Shown: positions 47,225 through 55,949 of the stretch, piece after piece
How positions within the stretch are numbered: the stretch's first letter is position 1
Layout of the letters: each line of letters opens with the position of its first letter
DNA from: an uncultured Candidatus Saccharibacteria bacterium
GTDB taxonomy: Bacteria > Patescibacteriota > Saccharimonadia > Saccharimonadales > UBA10212
Reading direction: 5' to 3'
Length of the DNA stretch: 64,000 nt
Assembly: GCA_964460855.1 (NCBI GenBank)
Contig: CAYWQH010000009.1
Span: 1,351 to 65,350 of the forward strand
Made by a program: the position numbers and the translations under genes
The notes under the pieces: generated by a model
The model's input: only the letters and a program-made list of their open reading frames with translations
What the model was told of the DNA's origin: nothing
Databases searched by the model: none

Positions 47225-47664
47225 TGCTTGGGAATAAAAAGGACTCATATTATGTAGCGTTTAAATTGTTGCTGCGGAATGGTGACAAGTTGCTGATTAC
47301 CCATGATATTTTTGGCGCCTGGGATATTCCCGGCGGCCGGATCCGGCAGGATGAATTCGACAAGCCCATCGAACAAGTTATTGAGCGCAAAATGAAAGAA
47401 GAGCTGGGCGGCGATGTTAAGTACGAAGTTGGCCCGCCGGTAACTTTCTTTAGGGTAGAGCGGGCCGAACATGACCAGGGCGGGGAGTTGGTACGGATTT
47501 TCGCGGTGGGCTACGACGCCAAATTCCTGGGCGGTAAAGTTAAACTGGGCAAGCACCATGACCAAATGGAATGGGTAGATGTAAAAACTTTCCAGCCAGA
47601 AAAGTATTTTACCGGCGGCTGGCTAACCGGCATCCAAGAATATTTAGCCAAAGTCCGCGGCTAA
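47224..47664 (+). CDS. NUDIX hydrolase
   Basis: 'PGGRIRQDE...IERKMKEELGG' NUDIX-like box. The start overlaps the previous stop (TAATG). Confidence 0.7.
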   Translation: MLGNKKDSYYVAFKLLLRNGDKLLITHDIFGAWDIPGGRIRQDEFDKPIEQVIERKMKEELGGDVKYEVGPPVTFFRVERAEHDQGGELVRIFAVGYDAKFLGGKVKLGKHHDQMEWVDVKTFQPEKYFTGGWLTGIQEYLAKVRG

Positions 47665-47729
47665 TTTTTTAACCTTTTTTACTGTAAAATAAACTTAAGC
47701 ATTTAATCTTAACCAGCTAAAGGAAGCTA

Positions 47730-49469
47730 ATGGTGGGCATGAGCCTGAAATCGGTATACTCGCTGCCGGTCAAGATTATTCTTGGGCGCAAAATTGATGA
47801 TTTGTCCGATGCTTTATATAAACGGCTGCGCTTTTTGTGCGTCATTTACGCCGTAGGCTTCGCGTTTACGCTTTTGCTGTTGTCGATAGATACGGCCAAG
47901 CGTTTTCCGGTTGGCATGCTGCTGGACTTTACCATTTTAGCCGGCATCGTGGTTATTTGCATTAAGCTGCGCTCGGCTAAAACCTACCGCTGGGCTTTTC
48001 ATGCCACGGTGGCCGTGCTGGCGGCCGTCATACAGTTTACTTATTTCTTGGCGATCGGCACGCCGCAGGCACTGCTGTTGATGCCGATGGTGTTAATCCT
48101 GGCATATTTTTTGCTGGGCCAGCGCTCCGGCTTGCTTTGGAGCATCGCCGTAATATGCGGCAATATCGCGGCTTTGGCTATCGGCCAGCTGGGTTGGGCC
48201 TATTTACCGATAACCACCCACGTAATGGTTTATTCGATTATGAACTTGGCCGTAATTTCGGCGTTTTTGTACGTGTACGAAGGGGTAAACAAAGATAATG
48301 AAGAACGGATAGCCGTCCGCGACCGCAAACTCAAAACACTTAATGGCCAGCTGGCTGACGAAAAAGCCCATGTCGAGCACCTGGTAGAAGTCCGCACCCA
48401 CCAGCTGCACGAAGAAGAGGCCCGCCTGCAGGCTTCAATTATGGCCCTGGAGCTGGGCTTTATTATGGTGCTGCGCGACTGGAGCGTGGCCCGTTATAAC
48501 CCGGCATTGCTGCATATCGTGGACGGCCTAGTGGAGAACTCCAACGTATCGCTGGTTTGGCAGCTTATAGAAAAAGTCCACCGCTCGTACCATCTCGATA
48601 AGGCTATCGAGAAATGCCTCAAAAACGGCAAGTCGTTTTCGAAAACCGACATCCCGGTTGGCGACAAGTTCGTGCGGATTATCGGCTCGGCTATCCATAA
48701 CGGCCATAGTGGTAAGGTTATCGGCGTGGTGCTGCTGGTAGAGGATATGACCGAAGAAAAAATGCTGGAGCGCCGAGAGGACGAGTTCGTATCGATCGCC
48801 TCGCACGAGCTGCGCACGCCGCTGACAGTTATAGAAGGCAACTTATCGATTATCGAGGACGAATTCGGCAGCGAAATAAAAGACGAGGCGCTTAAACATA
48901 TGCTGGGCAACGTTAAAGACTCATCCGGCCGGCTGATCCAAATCGTTAACCAGTTCTTAAACATGACCCGCCTGGAGCAAAATAAAACCGTGTTTAACCT
49001 CACCAGGGCGGACATAAATTCGATTGTACGGCAGGTAGCTTCGGAGCTGGGGCCGATTGCCCATAAGAAAGGCCTGGAAGTAAAAATGGAGCTGGCTACC
49101 GAAAACGTCTGCGTAACGGCCGACGTCCGGCGGCTGCAGGAAATCGTATCGAATATGTTCGATAACGCCATCAAATACACCGATAAAGGCAGCATCATAT
49201 TGCGCACGGTGCACACCGGTAACGATGTTATTTTCCAGGTCGAAGATACGGGCAAGGGCATCGAGCCTAAAAACCAAAAGCACCTGTTTTATAAATTCCA
49301 CCAAGCGACGAATAATATTCTGACGCGCGACGACAGCCGCAGCACCGGCCTTGGCTTATACATATCCCGCTTGCTGGCCGAGCAAATGGGCGGCCGGGTG
49401 GAACTGACCCGTTCGGTGCCGGGCAAAGGCTCTTTGTTTACGCTGACACTGCGCAAGTACGAAAAATAA
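47730..49469 (+). CDS. sensor histidine kinase (membrane, PAS-like, HisKA/HATPase_c); no adjacent response regulator
   Basis: About 6 TM helices, H-box 'SHELRTPL', N-box 'DNAIKYT', G1 'EDTGKGI' and G2 'GLGLYISR'. Confidence 0.88.
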   Translation: MVGMSLKSVYSLPVKIILGRKIDDLSDALYKRLRFLCVIYAVGFAFTLLLLSIDTAKRFPVGMLLDFTILAGIVVICIKLRSAKTYRWAFHATVAVLAAVIQFTYFLAIGTPQALLLMPMVLILAYFLLGQRSGLLWSIAVICGNIAALAIGQLGWAYLPITTHVMVYSIMNLAVISAFLYVYEGVNKDNEERIAVRDRKLKTLNGQLADEKAHVEHLVEVRTHQLHEEEARLQASIMALELGFIMVLRDWSVARYNPALLHIVDGLVENSNVSLVWQLIEKVHRSYHLDKAIEKCLKNGKSFSKTDIPVGDKFVRIIGSAIHNGHSGKVIGVVLLVEDMTEEKMLERREDEFVSIASHELRTPLTVIEGNLSIIEDEFGSEIKDEALKHMLGNVKDSSGRLIQIVNQFLNMTRLEQNKTVFNLTRADINSIVRQVASELGPIAHKKGLEVKMELATENVCVTADVRRLQEIVSNMFDNAIKYTDKGSIILRTVHTGNDVIFQVEDTGKGIEPKNQKHLFYKFHQATNNILTRDDSRSTGLGLYISRLLAEQMGGRVELTRSVPGKGSLFTLTLRKYEK

Positions 49470-49472
49470 TAA

Positions 49473-49527
49473 GTGATAATCACGGGGCTCCCCGCACGGA
49501 TCCGAAGATCCGCGCGGGGAATACCCC
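49473..49527. repeat. 55-nt GC-rich palindromic repeat, copy A
   Basis: GTGATAATCACGGGGCTCCCCGCACGGATC-cgaa-GATCCGCGCGGGGAATACCCC. It pairs with copy B at 50072-50127. Confidence 0.85.
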
Positions 49528-49556
49528 TTCTGCCTATTGTCCGGGCCGGGTCCGCG

Positions 49557-50015
49557 CTAGGCGGCGCGCCGGAAATCGATTTCCGGCAGCTCGTCCTCGA
49601 GACTGAGCTGGCCGCTCCGGCGGTTCGGATGCCGCAGGGTCGGATGTTCGACCACCTGGGCTTCGCGCTGCCGTTGGGCCGTGTTGCGCAGCAGCCGGAG
49701 GACTTCGGCCTTGCCGTACGTGTCGCTCCATGCCATCAGGATGGCGAGGAGTTCGACGCCGCCTTTGGCCAGCGTGGTGAAGTACTTGTCGCGCCTACGG
49801 CGCAGCTCGTCAGCCAGCGCCTCCGCCAGGTCGGCCGGGATGATATCGTCGACGTTGTCGTCGTTGACCTCGTCGTAGCCGAGGGCCTGGCCGATGGCCG
49901 TCAGCTGGCAGCCACCGAGGCCGCAGTTGCCGGTGCCCCAGCCGCGCCGCCAGCCGTAGATCTCGATGTTGTAGGCCGCTCGGCATAACACATCCGCGTA
50001 CACTGGACCTCCCAT
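49557..50015 (-). CDS. hypothetical protein, GC-rich cassette
   Basis: 152 aa with a GC3-biased frame. The start is the ATG at 50015, or the GTG at 50003 if GGGAGG serves as the SD. Confidence 0.6.
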   Translation of the reverse strand: MGGPVYADVLCRAAYNIEIYGWRRGWGTGNCGLGGCQLTAIGQALGYDEVNDDNVDDIIPADLAEALADELRRRRDKYFTTLAKGGVELLAILMAWSDTYGKAEVLRLLRNTAQRQREAQVVEHPTLRHPNRRSGQLSLEDELPEIDFRRAA

Positions 50016-50071
50016 TTCGGGGATTTGCAGAATAAGCTTAAAGTAACCTAATTTATAATTTTTAGCAATTC

Positions 50072-50127
50072 GTGATAATCGCGGGGCACCCCGCGCGGAC
50101 CTTGTGAGTCCGCGCGGGGAAGGCCCC
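50072..50127. repeat. 56-nt GC-rich palindromic repeat, copy B
   Basis: GTGATAATCGCGGGGCACCCCGCGCGGAC-cttgtga-GTCCGCGCGGGGAAGGCCCC, with a perfect 12-bp stem. Confidence 0.85.
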
Positions 50128-50135
50128 GGGTGCCG

Positions 50136-50255
50136 TCAGAAGATTAGTGAGACCAGCTTGGCGAACATCCAGCCACCTACCACGTAGGCGGGCGAAAGAA
50201 AGATGAGCGCCCACAGAATCTGCTGCCACGGCTCGAGCTGCTTGTCCTGCTTCAT
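50136..50255 (-). CDS. 39-aa single-TM micro-protein
   Basis: ATG preceded by GGAAGGAGGTGATCC, a near-perfect anti-16S-tail SD. Sequence 'MKQDKQLEPWQQILWALIFLSPAYVVGGWMFAKLVSLIF'. Confidence 0.55.
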   Translation of the reverse strand: MKQDKQLEPWQQILWALIFLSPAYVVGGWMFAKLVSLIF

Positions 50256-50278
50256 GCGCGGATCACCTCCTTCCATTG

Positions 50279-50476
50279 TCAGGGTGAGGTAGTGGTCGTG
50301 CCGGGCTGCGGGTGTATGAAGCCTTGGTGTCCGGCGCCGGGGATCGGCCAGCCATTGCGTAGTGCCAGGATCCCATAGGTGATGTATAGGACCATAAACA
50401 CTATGAGCGCAACGATTGCCCATCTGTTAACGCGCTCCCCTTCGTAATGCTCTTCTGGGTCGATCTGTTCCGGCAT
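50279..50476 (-). CDS. 65-aa single-TM micro-protein
   Basis: ATG 5 nt after GAGGAGG. A TGGTATAAT promoter lies just upstream. It corresponds to the last 65 codons of the 231-aa track ORF. Confidence 0.55.
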   Translation of the reverse strand: MPEQIDPEEHYEGERVNRWAIVALIVFMVLYITYGILALRNGWPIPGAGHQGFIHPQPGTTTTSP

Positions 50477-50541
50477 GCTAACCTCCTCGGTTCGCCGACA
50501 GATAACAGTAATATTATACCATAAACATAATAAATTAACAA

Positions 50542-51843
50542 TCAATCTTCGCCGTTTTGGTAGAGGTCGATGAGGTCTTTGACCGAGCCGAAAGCGATGC
50601 GGTCGAGGATGAAATTGTCCATGTTGACCACCAGCGCCGAAGCGACGGTTAAGTCTCCGTAAGTGTCGTTTATTTCGTCGAGGGCCCGGGCCAGGGCGTG
50701 GCTGTCCAGCCGGGTGCCGTCGTCGAGGCTGAGCTGCAGCGGCTCGTACGGCACCAGGTCGTAAACGGTAATGGCCAGGTGGGCGACCACTTTGGCTGCC
50801 GGCTGTTGGTCTAGGAGACGCGTGGCATGGACATAGATATCCTGCGTCGTGAACAGCCGGCCGCCAATGCGTTCGCCGTGGTGCCACATGGTGCGGTCGT
50901 CGTAAATGCAGCTGACGTGGATGGCTTCGGCGAAGAACCCGTGGCGGCGCAGCCGCCGGCCGGTTTTTTCGCACAGCTTCATCATCAGCCGGTTGAGGTG
51001 GTCGCGGTCGGCGGTTTTTTGGCCGAGCGCGTAAGTGTGGCCGATGCTGCGGCGCTTGAAGTCGACGCCGTCGATCTCCCAGCCCCGCAGCCGTAAATAC
51101 CAGTAGTAGCCATTGATTGATTCGAACACGATCTTTTTAAGCACGTGCATCGGGGCATTAAAGAACTCTAGGGGCGTGGTGATTCCGGCCCGGTAAAGTC
51201 GTCGTCGATTTCGAATATTAATGCCGCAAATATCGAGTAGGTCCATGTGTTGGTATACATCTTGTAAATTCTCCTTGGTTATTACATCTAAGCCGTCGGG
51301 CTTGTGCAGGCCGGCGGCCGTTTTTGCTAAAAAGCGGTTGGTGCCGAGGCCGACATTTACGGTAACGTAACTGCCGACTTCGTCGCGCACCCGCCGCTTA
51401 ATTTCTTTGCCTATTTCAATTAGCGACCGCTCGTCTTTGATGGCCGCGTCGTTAAAGTCGATGATCATTTCGTCGATCGATTTGGGTGTGACCCGGCTGG
51501 TGTAGCTTTCGAATATCCGCTTAAAGCGGATGTGGGCGTCGCGGTACTTGGGCGGGTCGGGCGGCAGCACTATCATATCGGGGCAGAGCTTGAGGCCGTC
51601 CATCACCCGCATGCCGGTTTTAACGCCGCAGCGCTTGGCTTCGTAGCTGGGCGCCAATATGCAGCCGCGGGGGCTAACGTAGGCCGCCACGGCCACCGGC
51701 TTGCCGCGCAGCAGGGGGTTGGCCTGCTGCTCCATGATGGCGAAGCAGCTGTTCATATCGATGTGCATTACCAGCGGCCGGGCGGTGTTAACCGGCATTT
51801 CGATGAAACCCAGCGGGTAGTTAGGCTTCAAACTGTTGGCCAC
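50542..51843 (-). CDS. dinB: Y-family DNA polymerase (DinB/UmuC-like)
   Basis: 'MHIDMNSCFAIMEQ', 'SIDEMIIDF' and little-finger domain length. The GTG start overlaps the upstream stop by 1 nt. Confidence 0.85.
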   Translation of the reverse strand: MANSLKPNYPLGFIEMPVNTARPLVMHIDMNSCFAIMEQQANPLLRGKPVAVAAYVSPRGCILAPSYEAKRCGVKTGMRVMDGLKLCPDMIVLPPDPPKYRDAHIRFKRIFESYTSRVTPKSIDEMIIDFNDAAIKDERSLIEIGKEIKRRVRDEVGSYVTVNVGLGTNRFLAKTAAGLHKPDGLDVITKENLQDVYQHMDLLDICGINIRNRRRLYRAGITTPLEFFNAPMHVLKKIVFESINGYYWYLRLRGWEIDGVDFKRRSIGHTYALGQKTADRDHLNRLMMKLCEKTGRRLRRHGFFAEAIHVSCIYDDRTMWHHGERIGGRLFTTQDIYVHATRLLDQQPAAKVVAHLAITVYDLVPYEPLQLSLDDGTRLDSHALARALDEINDTYGDLTVASALVVNMDNFILDRIAFGSVKDLIDLYQNGED

Positions 51844-52118
51844 TAGTTAACCTCACTACTGCCCAATTTTCCGAGCAGCCACGTTAAATCTTCAGTATTG
51901 AACTTGAGCTCGAAAAAGTGGACGCCGTCGGTGGCCGAAAAAACGTGGATGGTGGCCCGGCCCTGCTTGTATTTATGGTGGTAGCCCAGCTCTTTAATTA
52001 CGTACTCCCGGCCGTGCCATTCCAGCCGGAAGGGGGACAGGTCTTTGTAGGTATCTTTGGGGAAGCGGGCTATCACCGCAACCCTCTCATTAATCGTTTC
52101 ATACATTGGTTTCTCCAA
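51843..52118 (-). CDS. small protein translationally coupled to the Y-family polymerase (possible accessory factor)
   Basis: 91 aa. The stop TAG overlaps the dinB GTG (TAGTG). Confidence 0.5.
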   Translation of the reverse strand: MEKPMYETINERVAVIARFPKDTYKDLSPFRLEWHGREYVIKELGYHHKYKQGRATIHVFSATDGVHFFELKFNTEDLTWLLGKLGSSEVN

Positions 52119-52180
52119 TTGAAGTTTTAGTTGTTAATTTTTTGCTTTATAGGTTCGCTAAATTCATTCACAATATAGGT

Positions 52181-52867
52181 ATGTGCGGAAGATACACCTT
52201 ACATGCCCAGGCCGAGGAAATTGCCGAACGGTTCGGCGTGGACGATATTCTGCAGGGTTACCGCGAGAACTATAACGTCGCTCCCGGGCAAATCATGCCG
52301 GTGATTACCGAAGACGAATCGGGCCATAGGCATTTGGAGCTGATGAAGTGGGGCCTGATACCGTTTTGGGCCAAAGACCCTAAAATCGGTTACAAGCTCA
52401 TCAACGCCCGCGACGATACGATCTTCGACAAGCCGATGTGGCGCAACGTGGTGTTAAAGAAACGGGCTTTGATACCGGCCGACGGGTTTTACGAATGGAA
52501 GAAGCCGGAAGACCCCAAAGGCCGCAAACAGCCTTTTTATATTCATCCCAAACGAGAAAACTTGTTTGCCTTTGCCGGGGTTTGGGAAACCTGGAAAGAC
52601 GTTGAAGGCAAAGAGATTAAAACCTATTCGATTATTACGACCGACCCTAATAAAGAGATGCGGGGCGTGCATAACCGTATGCCTGTGATATTGGACCAAA
52701 AAGACGAAGCTTCGTGGTTGGAGCCGTCGCACACCAGCCGGGAAGACGTTGAGCCTTTCCTGCACCCGTATGACGATAATGGCTTGGATATGTTTGAGGT
52801 CAGCAGTGACGTGAATGTTACCCGGAATAACGAGGAAAAACTCATTTATCCGCTTAACTCCCAGTGA
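52181..52867 (+). CDS. SOS response-associated peptidase (SRAP/YedK family)
   Basis: It begins 'MCGRYTL' with the catalytic Cys2, and has 'NARDDT' and 'FYEW'. The longest track ORF (from 52106) adds 25 implausible residues. Confidence 0.85.
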   Translation: MCGRYTLHAQAEEIAERFGVDDILQGYRENYNVAPGQIMPVITEDESGHRHLELMKWGLIPFWAKDPKIGYKLINARDDTIFDKPMWRNVVLKKRALIPADGFYEWKKPEDPKGRKQPFYIHPKRENLFAFAGVWETWKDVEGKEIKTYSIITTDPNKEMRGVHNRMPVILDQKDEASWLEPSHTSREDVEPFLHPYDDNGLDMFEVSSDVNVTRNNEEKLIYPLNSQ

Positions 52868-53032
52868 GTTTGCAAACCTTGGTTGTGATAAAAGCCTGGA
52901 GGTAGGAATCCGCCCTAAGGCAAAAGCACTTCCATAGCGTAAGAACCATTATTCATCCAAGCGGCTAGCCGCGTCAAGCAGTTAATTAACATTTGGCTCT
53001 TATTTAAGGTATATGCTAAATAAGGAGTAGCT

Positions 53033-53902
53033 ATGGCGACAAATCCCGAACAATTGCAAAACCAGGGCGATGCCTTAAGAGATAAAGGCTTAGGCGACGA
53101 TGCCGCCCTGAGGTATGCGGATGCCGCCCGGCAGTTCGAACAAGCGGGAGACTTATTAAGCGCTGCATCCAGCTGGCACATGGCCGGTGTCAGTATGAAG
53201 CACGACCAGGCCAAAGCCATGGAGCTTTTTAAAGCGGCTATCACTTTTTACGAAGAAGCAGGCGATGAAGTGGGGGTAGGGCGGGTGTACCGCGACCAGG
53301 CCGTTACTTATGCCTACCGGGCCGAGCATGAAGAAGCATTAAAACTTTTAGAAGAAAGCCGGGAAGTTTTAGCTAAAACCAAAGCTAAAGACGAATTAGG
53401 TATTACTATCGCCAAAATCGGCAACGTCTTAACCCATCAGGGCGAATACGACGAAGCCGCCGCCAAACTTTACGAAGGCCTGGCGCTCATTAAACAGCAG
53501 CCTAACGCTTTTTATGAGGGCACCGCCTATATGCATTTAGCCCAGTTGCGCCTGCGCCAAAAAGAATTTAAGTCGGCCCTGGTATATTCCCATACTGCCG
53601 CTAAAACCCTCGCGCGGCAAAACCCGGAAATGGATTTTAACCAGGCCATGGATTATTTTGGGCGGCGTTCGGCCCAAATTTACGGCATTATGGCCCAAAG
53701 CTACCTTGGTTTAGGTAATACCAAGCTAGCCGGAGATTATTTTGTAAAAAGCCTCGACTATATAAAGCCGTTGGCCGCCGATGCCGCCGAAGTTTTATTA
53801 CAAGATATCGGTGCCGGGGATTTTGTGGAGTCAATCAAATCGTCAGACCCGAATTTAAATAGGAAATTAGCCAAACACCCGGTTTTTAAACGCCTGCGGT
53901 AA
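53033..53902 (+). CDS. tetratricopeptide repeat protein
   Basis: Repeated about 34-aa A/Y/L-patterned helical pairs throughout the 289 aa. Confidence 0.65.
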   Translation: MATNPEQLQNQGDALRDKGLGDDAALRYADAARQFEQAGDLLSAASSWHMAGVSMKHDQAKAMELFKAAITFYEEAGDEVGVGRVYRDQAVTYAYRAEHEEALKLLEESREVLAKTKAKDELGITIAKIGNVLTHQGEYDEAAAKLYEGLALIKQQPNAFYEGTAYMHLAQLRLRQKEFKSALVYSHTAAKTLARQNPEMDFNQAMDYFGRRSAQIYGIMAQSYLGLGNTKLAGDYFVKSLDYIKPLAADAAEVLLQDIGAGDFVESIKSSDPNLNRKLAKHPVFKRLR

Positions 53903-53924
53903 CCAGCCGATGTAAAATAGAAGT

Positions 53925-54551
53925 ATGTGGAGAGACAGGGTGGAGGCCGGCCGGGAGCTGGCCCAGAAGCTGAAAATCTACCGCGACAGCCACGCGGTAG
54001 TGTACGCTTTGCCGCGCGGCGGGGTAGTAGTGGGCGCCGAGGTGGCCCGCGAACTTGGCGTGCCGCTGGATTTGGTTATCGCCCGTAAAATCGGCCACCC
54101 GAGCCATGCCGAATACGCCATTGCCGCCGTCACCGAAACCGGCCAGCCGGTGGTTAACGAATTCGAGTTGTTACAAGTAAGCGAAGAATGGTTCGACCGC
54201 GAATTGGACCGCCAGCGGACCGAAGCCAAACGCCGCCGCGAAAAATACTTTGGCGACTTGCCGCATACAAAAGCCACCCACCGGACGGCCATTATTATCG
54301 ACGACGGCATCGCCACCGGCCTAACTCTTAAAGCCGCCATTGTACGCATCAAAGACGAAAACCCGGCCAAAATTGTCGTAGCCGTACCGGTTACGCCGGA
54401 TGATACGGCGGCCGAGCTAGAGAAGCTGGTAGACGAATTCGTATGCCTGCACCGCGAGCAGGGCTTTTTTGGCGCCGTCGGCAGTTATTACCGCTATTTC
54501 GACCAAACGGCTGACGACGAAGTGGTCAATTTGCTGCACGAGCTCGAATAA
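53925..54551 (+). CDS. phosphoribosyltransferase family protein
   Basis: 'VVYALPRGGVVVGAEVA' and the PRPP loop 'AIIIDDGIATGLT'. Confidence 0.75.
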   Translation: MWRDRVEAGRELAQKLKIYRDSHAVVYALPRGGVVVGAEVARELGVPLDLVIARKIGHPSHAEYAIAAVTETGQPVVNEFELLQVSEEWFDRELDRQRTEAKRRREKYFGDLPHTKATHRTAIIIDDGIATGLTLKAAIVRIKDENPAKIVVAVPVTPDDTAAELEKLVDEFVCLHREQGFFGAVGSYYRYFDQTADDEVVNLLHELE

Positions 54552-54580
54552 TCGCCGTACTTTAGTGGCATAATAGCAAT

Positions 54581-55159
54581 ATGACCATATCGATAAAGGC
54601 CATAATTTTTGATTTCTTTGGCGTAATTTGCTCGGACGAATACTGGAATTTTGTCAGCGTCGATAAAAATTACAGCTCCGAATTCCATAAACTGGCCGAC
54701 GAAGTCAATTTGGGTAAACTCGGTTGGCAGGAATTTTTGACGGACGTTGCCGAAATGACCGGCCAGACTTACCGGCAGGTGGAAAGGCTATATAAGCAGG
54801 AAAAAATCAACCCGGAATTTATCGGCTACATCCAGCAACTTCACAAACGCTACAAAACGGCACTGCTTACCAACGCCCACTATGAATTTTTGGAACCGTT
54901 AGCAGAAAAAGCCCATTTAAATACGGTGTTCGACGAAATTATTATGTCTTCGCGGGTGGGCGCTACCAAACCCTCGCCTCAAATTTACCAATATGCTTTA
55001 GATAAGCTCGGGCTGCAGCCCCACGAAGTAATTTTTGTCGATGACCTTAAAGTTAATACCGACGCCGCCGAAAAGCTGGGAATAAAATCTATCCTTTATG
55101 AATCTTTCGAACAGTGTAAATTCGAACTGCGCCAACTGCTAGCTGATACGGATAATTAA
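54581..55159 (+). CDS. HAD family hydrolase
   Basis: Motif I 'IIFDFFGVI', motif II 'LLTNA', motif III/IV 'K...FVDD'. Confidence 0.75.
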   Translation: MTISIKAIIFDFFGVICSDEYWNFVSVDKNYSSEFHKLADEVNLGKLGWQEFLTDVAEMTGQTYRQVERLYKQEKINPEFIGYIQQLHKRYKTALLTNAHYEFLEPLAEKAHLNTVFDEIIMSSRVGATKPSPQIYQYALDKLGLQPHEVIFVDDLKVNTDAAEKLGIKSILYESFEQCKFELRQLLADTDN

Positions 55160-55375
55160 AGGCTTAGTCAGCTTGCAGGCTTCGACTAAGCGGTTTTTTT
55201 CCATTTGGATGGAGCTGGCTAAAGAAGAGTTAGAAACAATAAGCATAATATTGCCGTTACTATGCTGTACGCGGCATTTGCTTTTATAGCGCCGCAACAC
55301 ATAGTCTTTAATCATTTCAATTTCGGTGGGCGGCGTAAAATCGCGGCTGCCCAGAATGTGTTGCAAGCTTTCCAT
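55139..55375 (-). CDS. small DUF721/DciA-like protein (tentative)
   Basis: 78 aa. The pattern 'IMLIVSNSSLASSIQMEKNRL' resembles the DciA family. The assignment is weak. Confidence 0.35.
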   Translation of the reverse strand: MESLQHILGSRDFTPPTEIEMIKDYVLRRYKSKCRVQHSNGNIMLIVSNSSLASSIQMEKNRLVEACKLTKPLIIRIS

Positions 55376-55429
55376 GTTTAAAGTATAACGAAAATACCAA
55401 ATAGAAGTGAGTTGCCGGAAGGAGATAAT

Positions 55430-55927
55430 TTGGGATCACCCGAAAATTTACAATTTGACGAGCCTTCTGAACCGCTGCCGGAAGAATTTTTAACCATTAA
55501 CTGGCCGCCGGTAGGAGACTGGGAACTTTCCGGCGAATTAACTTATGCGTCCGTTAATTTGGGTACGGTAGAAGTAGAGTTATTGCACGACGAAGAACTG
55601 ATGGACGCCGCTTTTGAATTTAATATTGAATATCTAAACAGCGTTTGGCCGGCCACCACGTTTCGCTACTATATAGAGAGCTATTCGGAACTTTTCCCCA
55701 AACTTAAAGCCATTCGGTTTTCCACTACGCAATCGCTGGCGGCTATTAGTTTTATAAAAGCGGCCGTACCGGAAGGTTGGCAGCGCCGGATGGCACTTTA
55801 CGACTTAAAAGACGAACTTAACCCGGGATTATTACTGGCTTGTGACGTTACCGACCCCGAAGTAATAGATAGTTGTGTCATTCTAGACGCCGTTGCGTCT
55901 GCCATTGTAAGCCGCGATAATCAGTAA
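55430..55927 (+). CDS. acidic hypothetical protein
   Basis: A TTG at 55430 lies 5 nt after GGAAGGAG; the longest ORF starts at 55412. Confidence 0.5.
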   Translation: MGSPENLQFDEPSEPLPEEFLTINWPPVGDWELSGELTYASVNLGTVEVELLHDEELMDAAFEFNIEYLNSVWPATTFRYYIESYSELFPKLKAIRFSTTQSLAAISFIKAAVPEGWQRRMALYDLKDELNPGLLLACDVTDPEVIDSCVILDAVASAIVSRDNQ

Positions 55928-55949
55928 CCAATAAGGATATAATTACTTT

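Noticed and set aside
49473-50127. CRISPR-like repeats (two palindromic GC-rich repeats).
   Set aside because: There are only two copies, about 600 bp apart. They are 55 nt long, they bracket a gene with its own promoter, and there are no cas genes.
50279-50974. A 231-aa minus-strand ORF overlapping the 3' third of dinB.
   Set aside because: Most of it is an out-of-frame shadow of dinB with an Arg/Pro-rich product. Only its last 65 codons (50279..50476) have their own promoter, SD and a TM helix.
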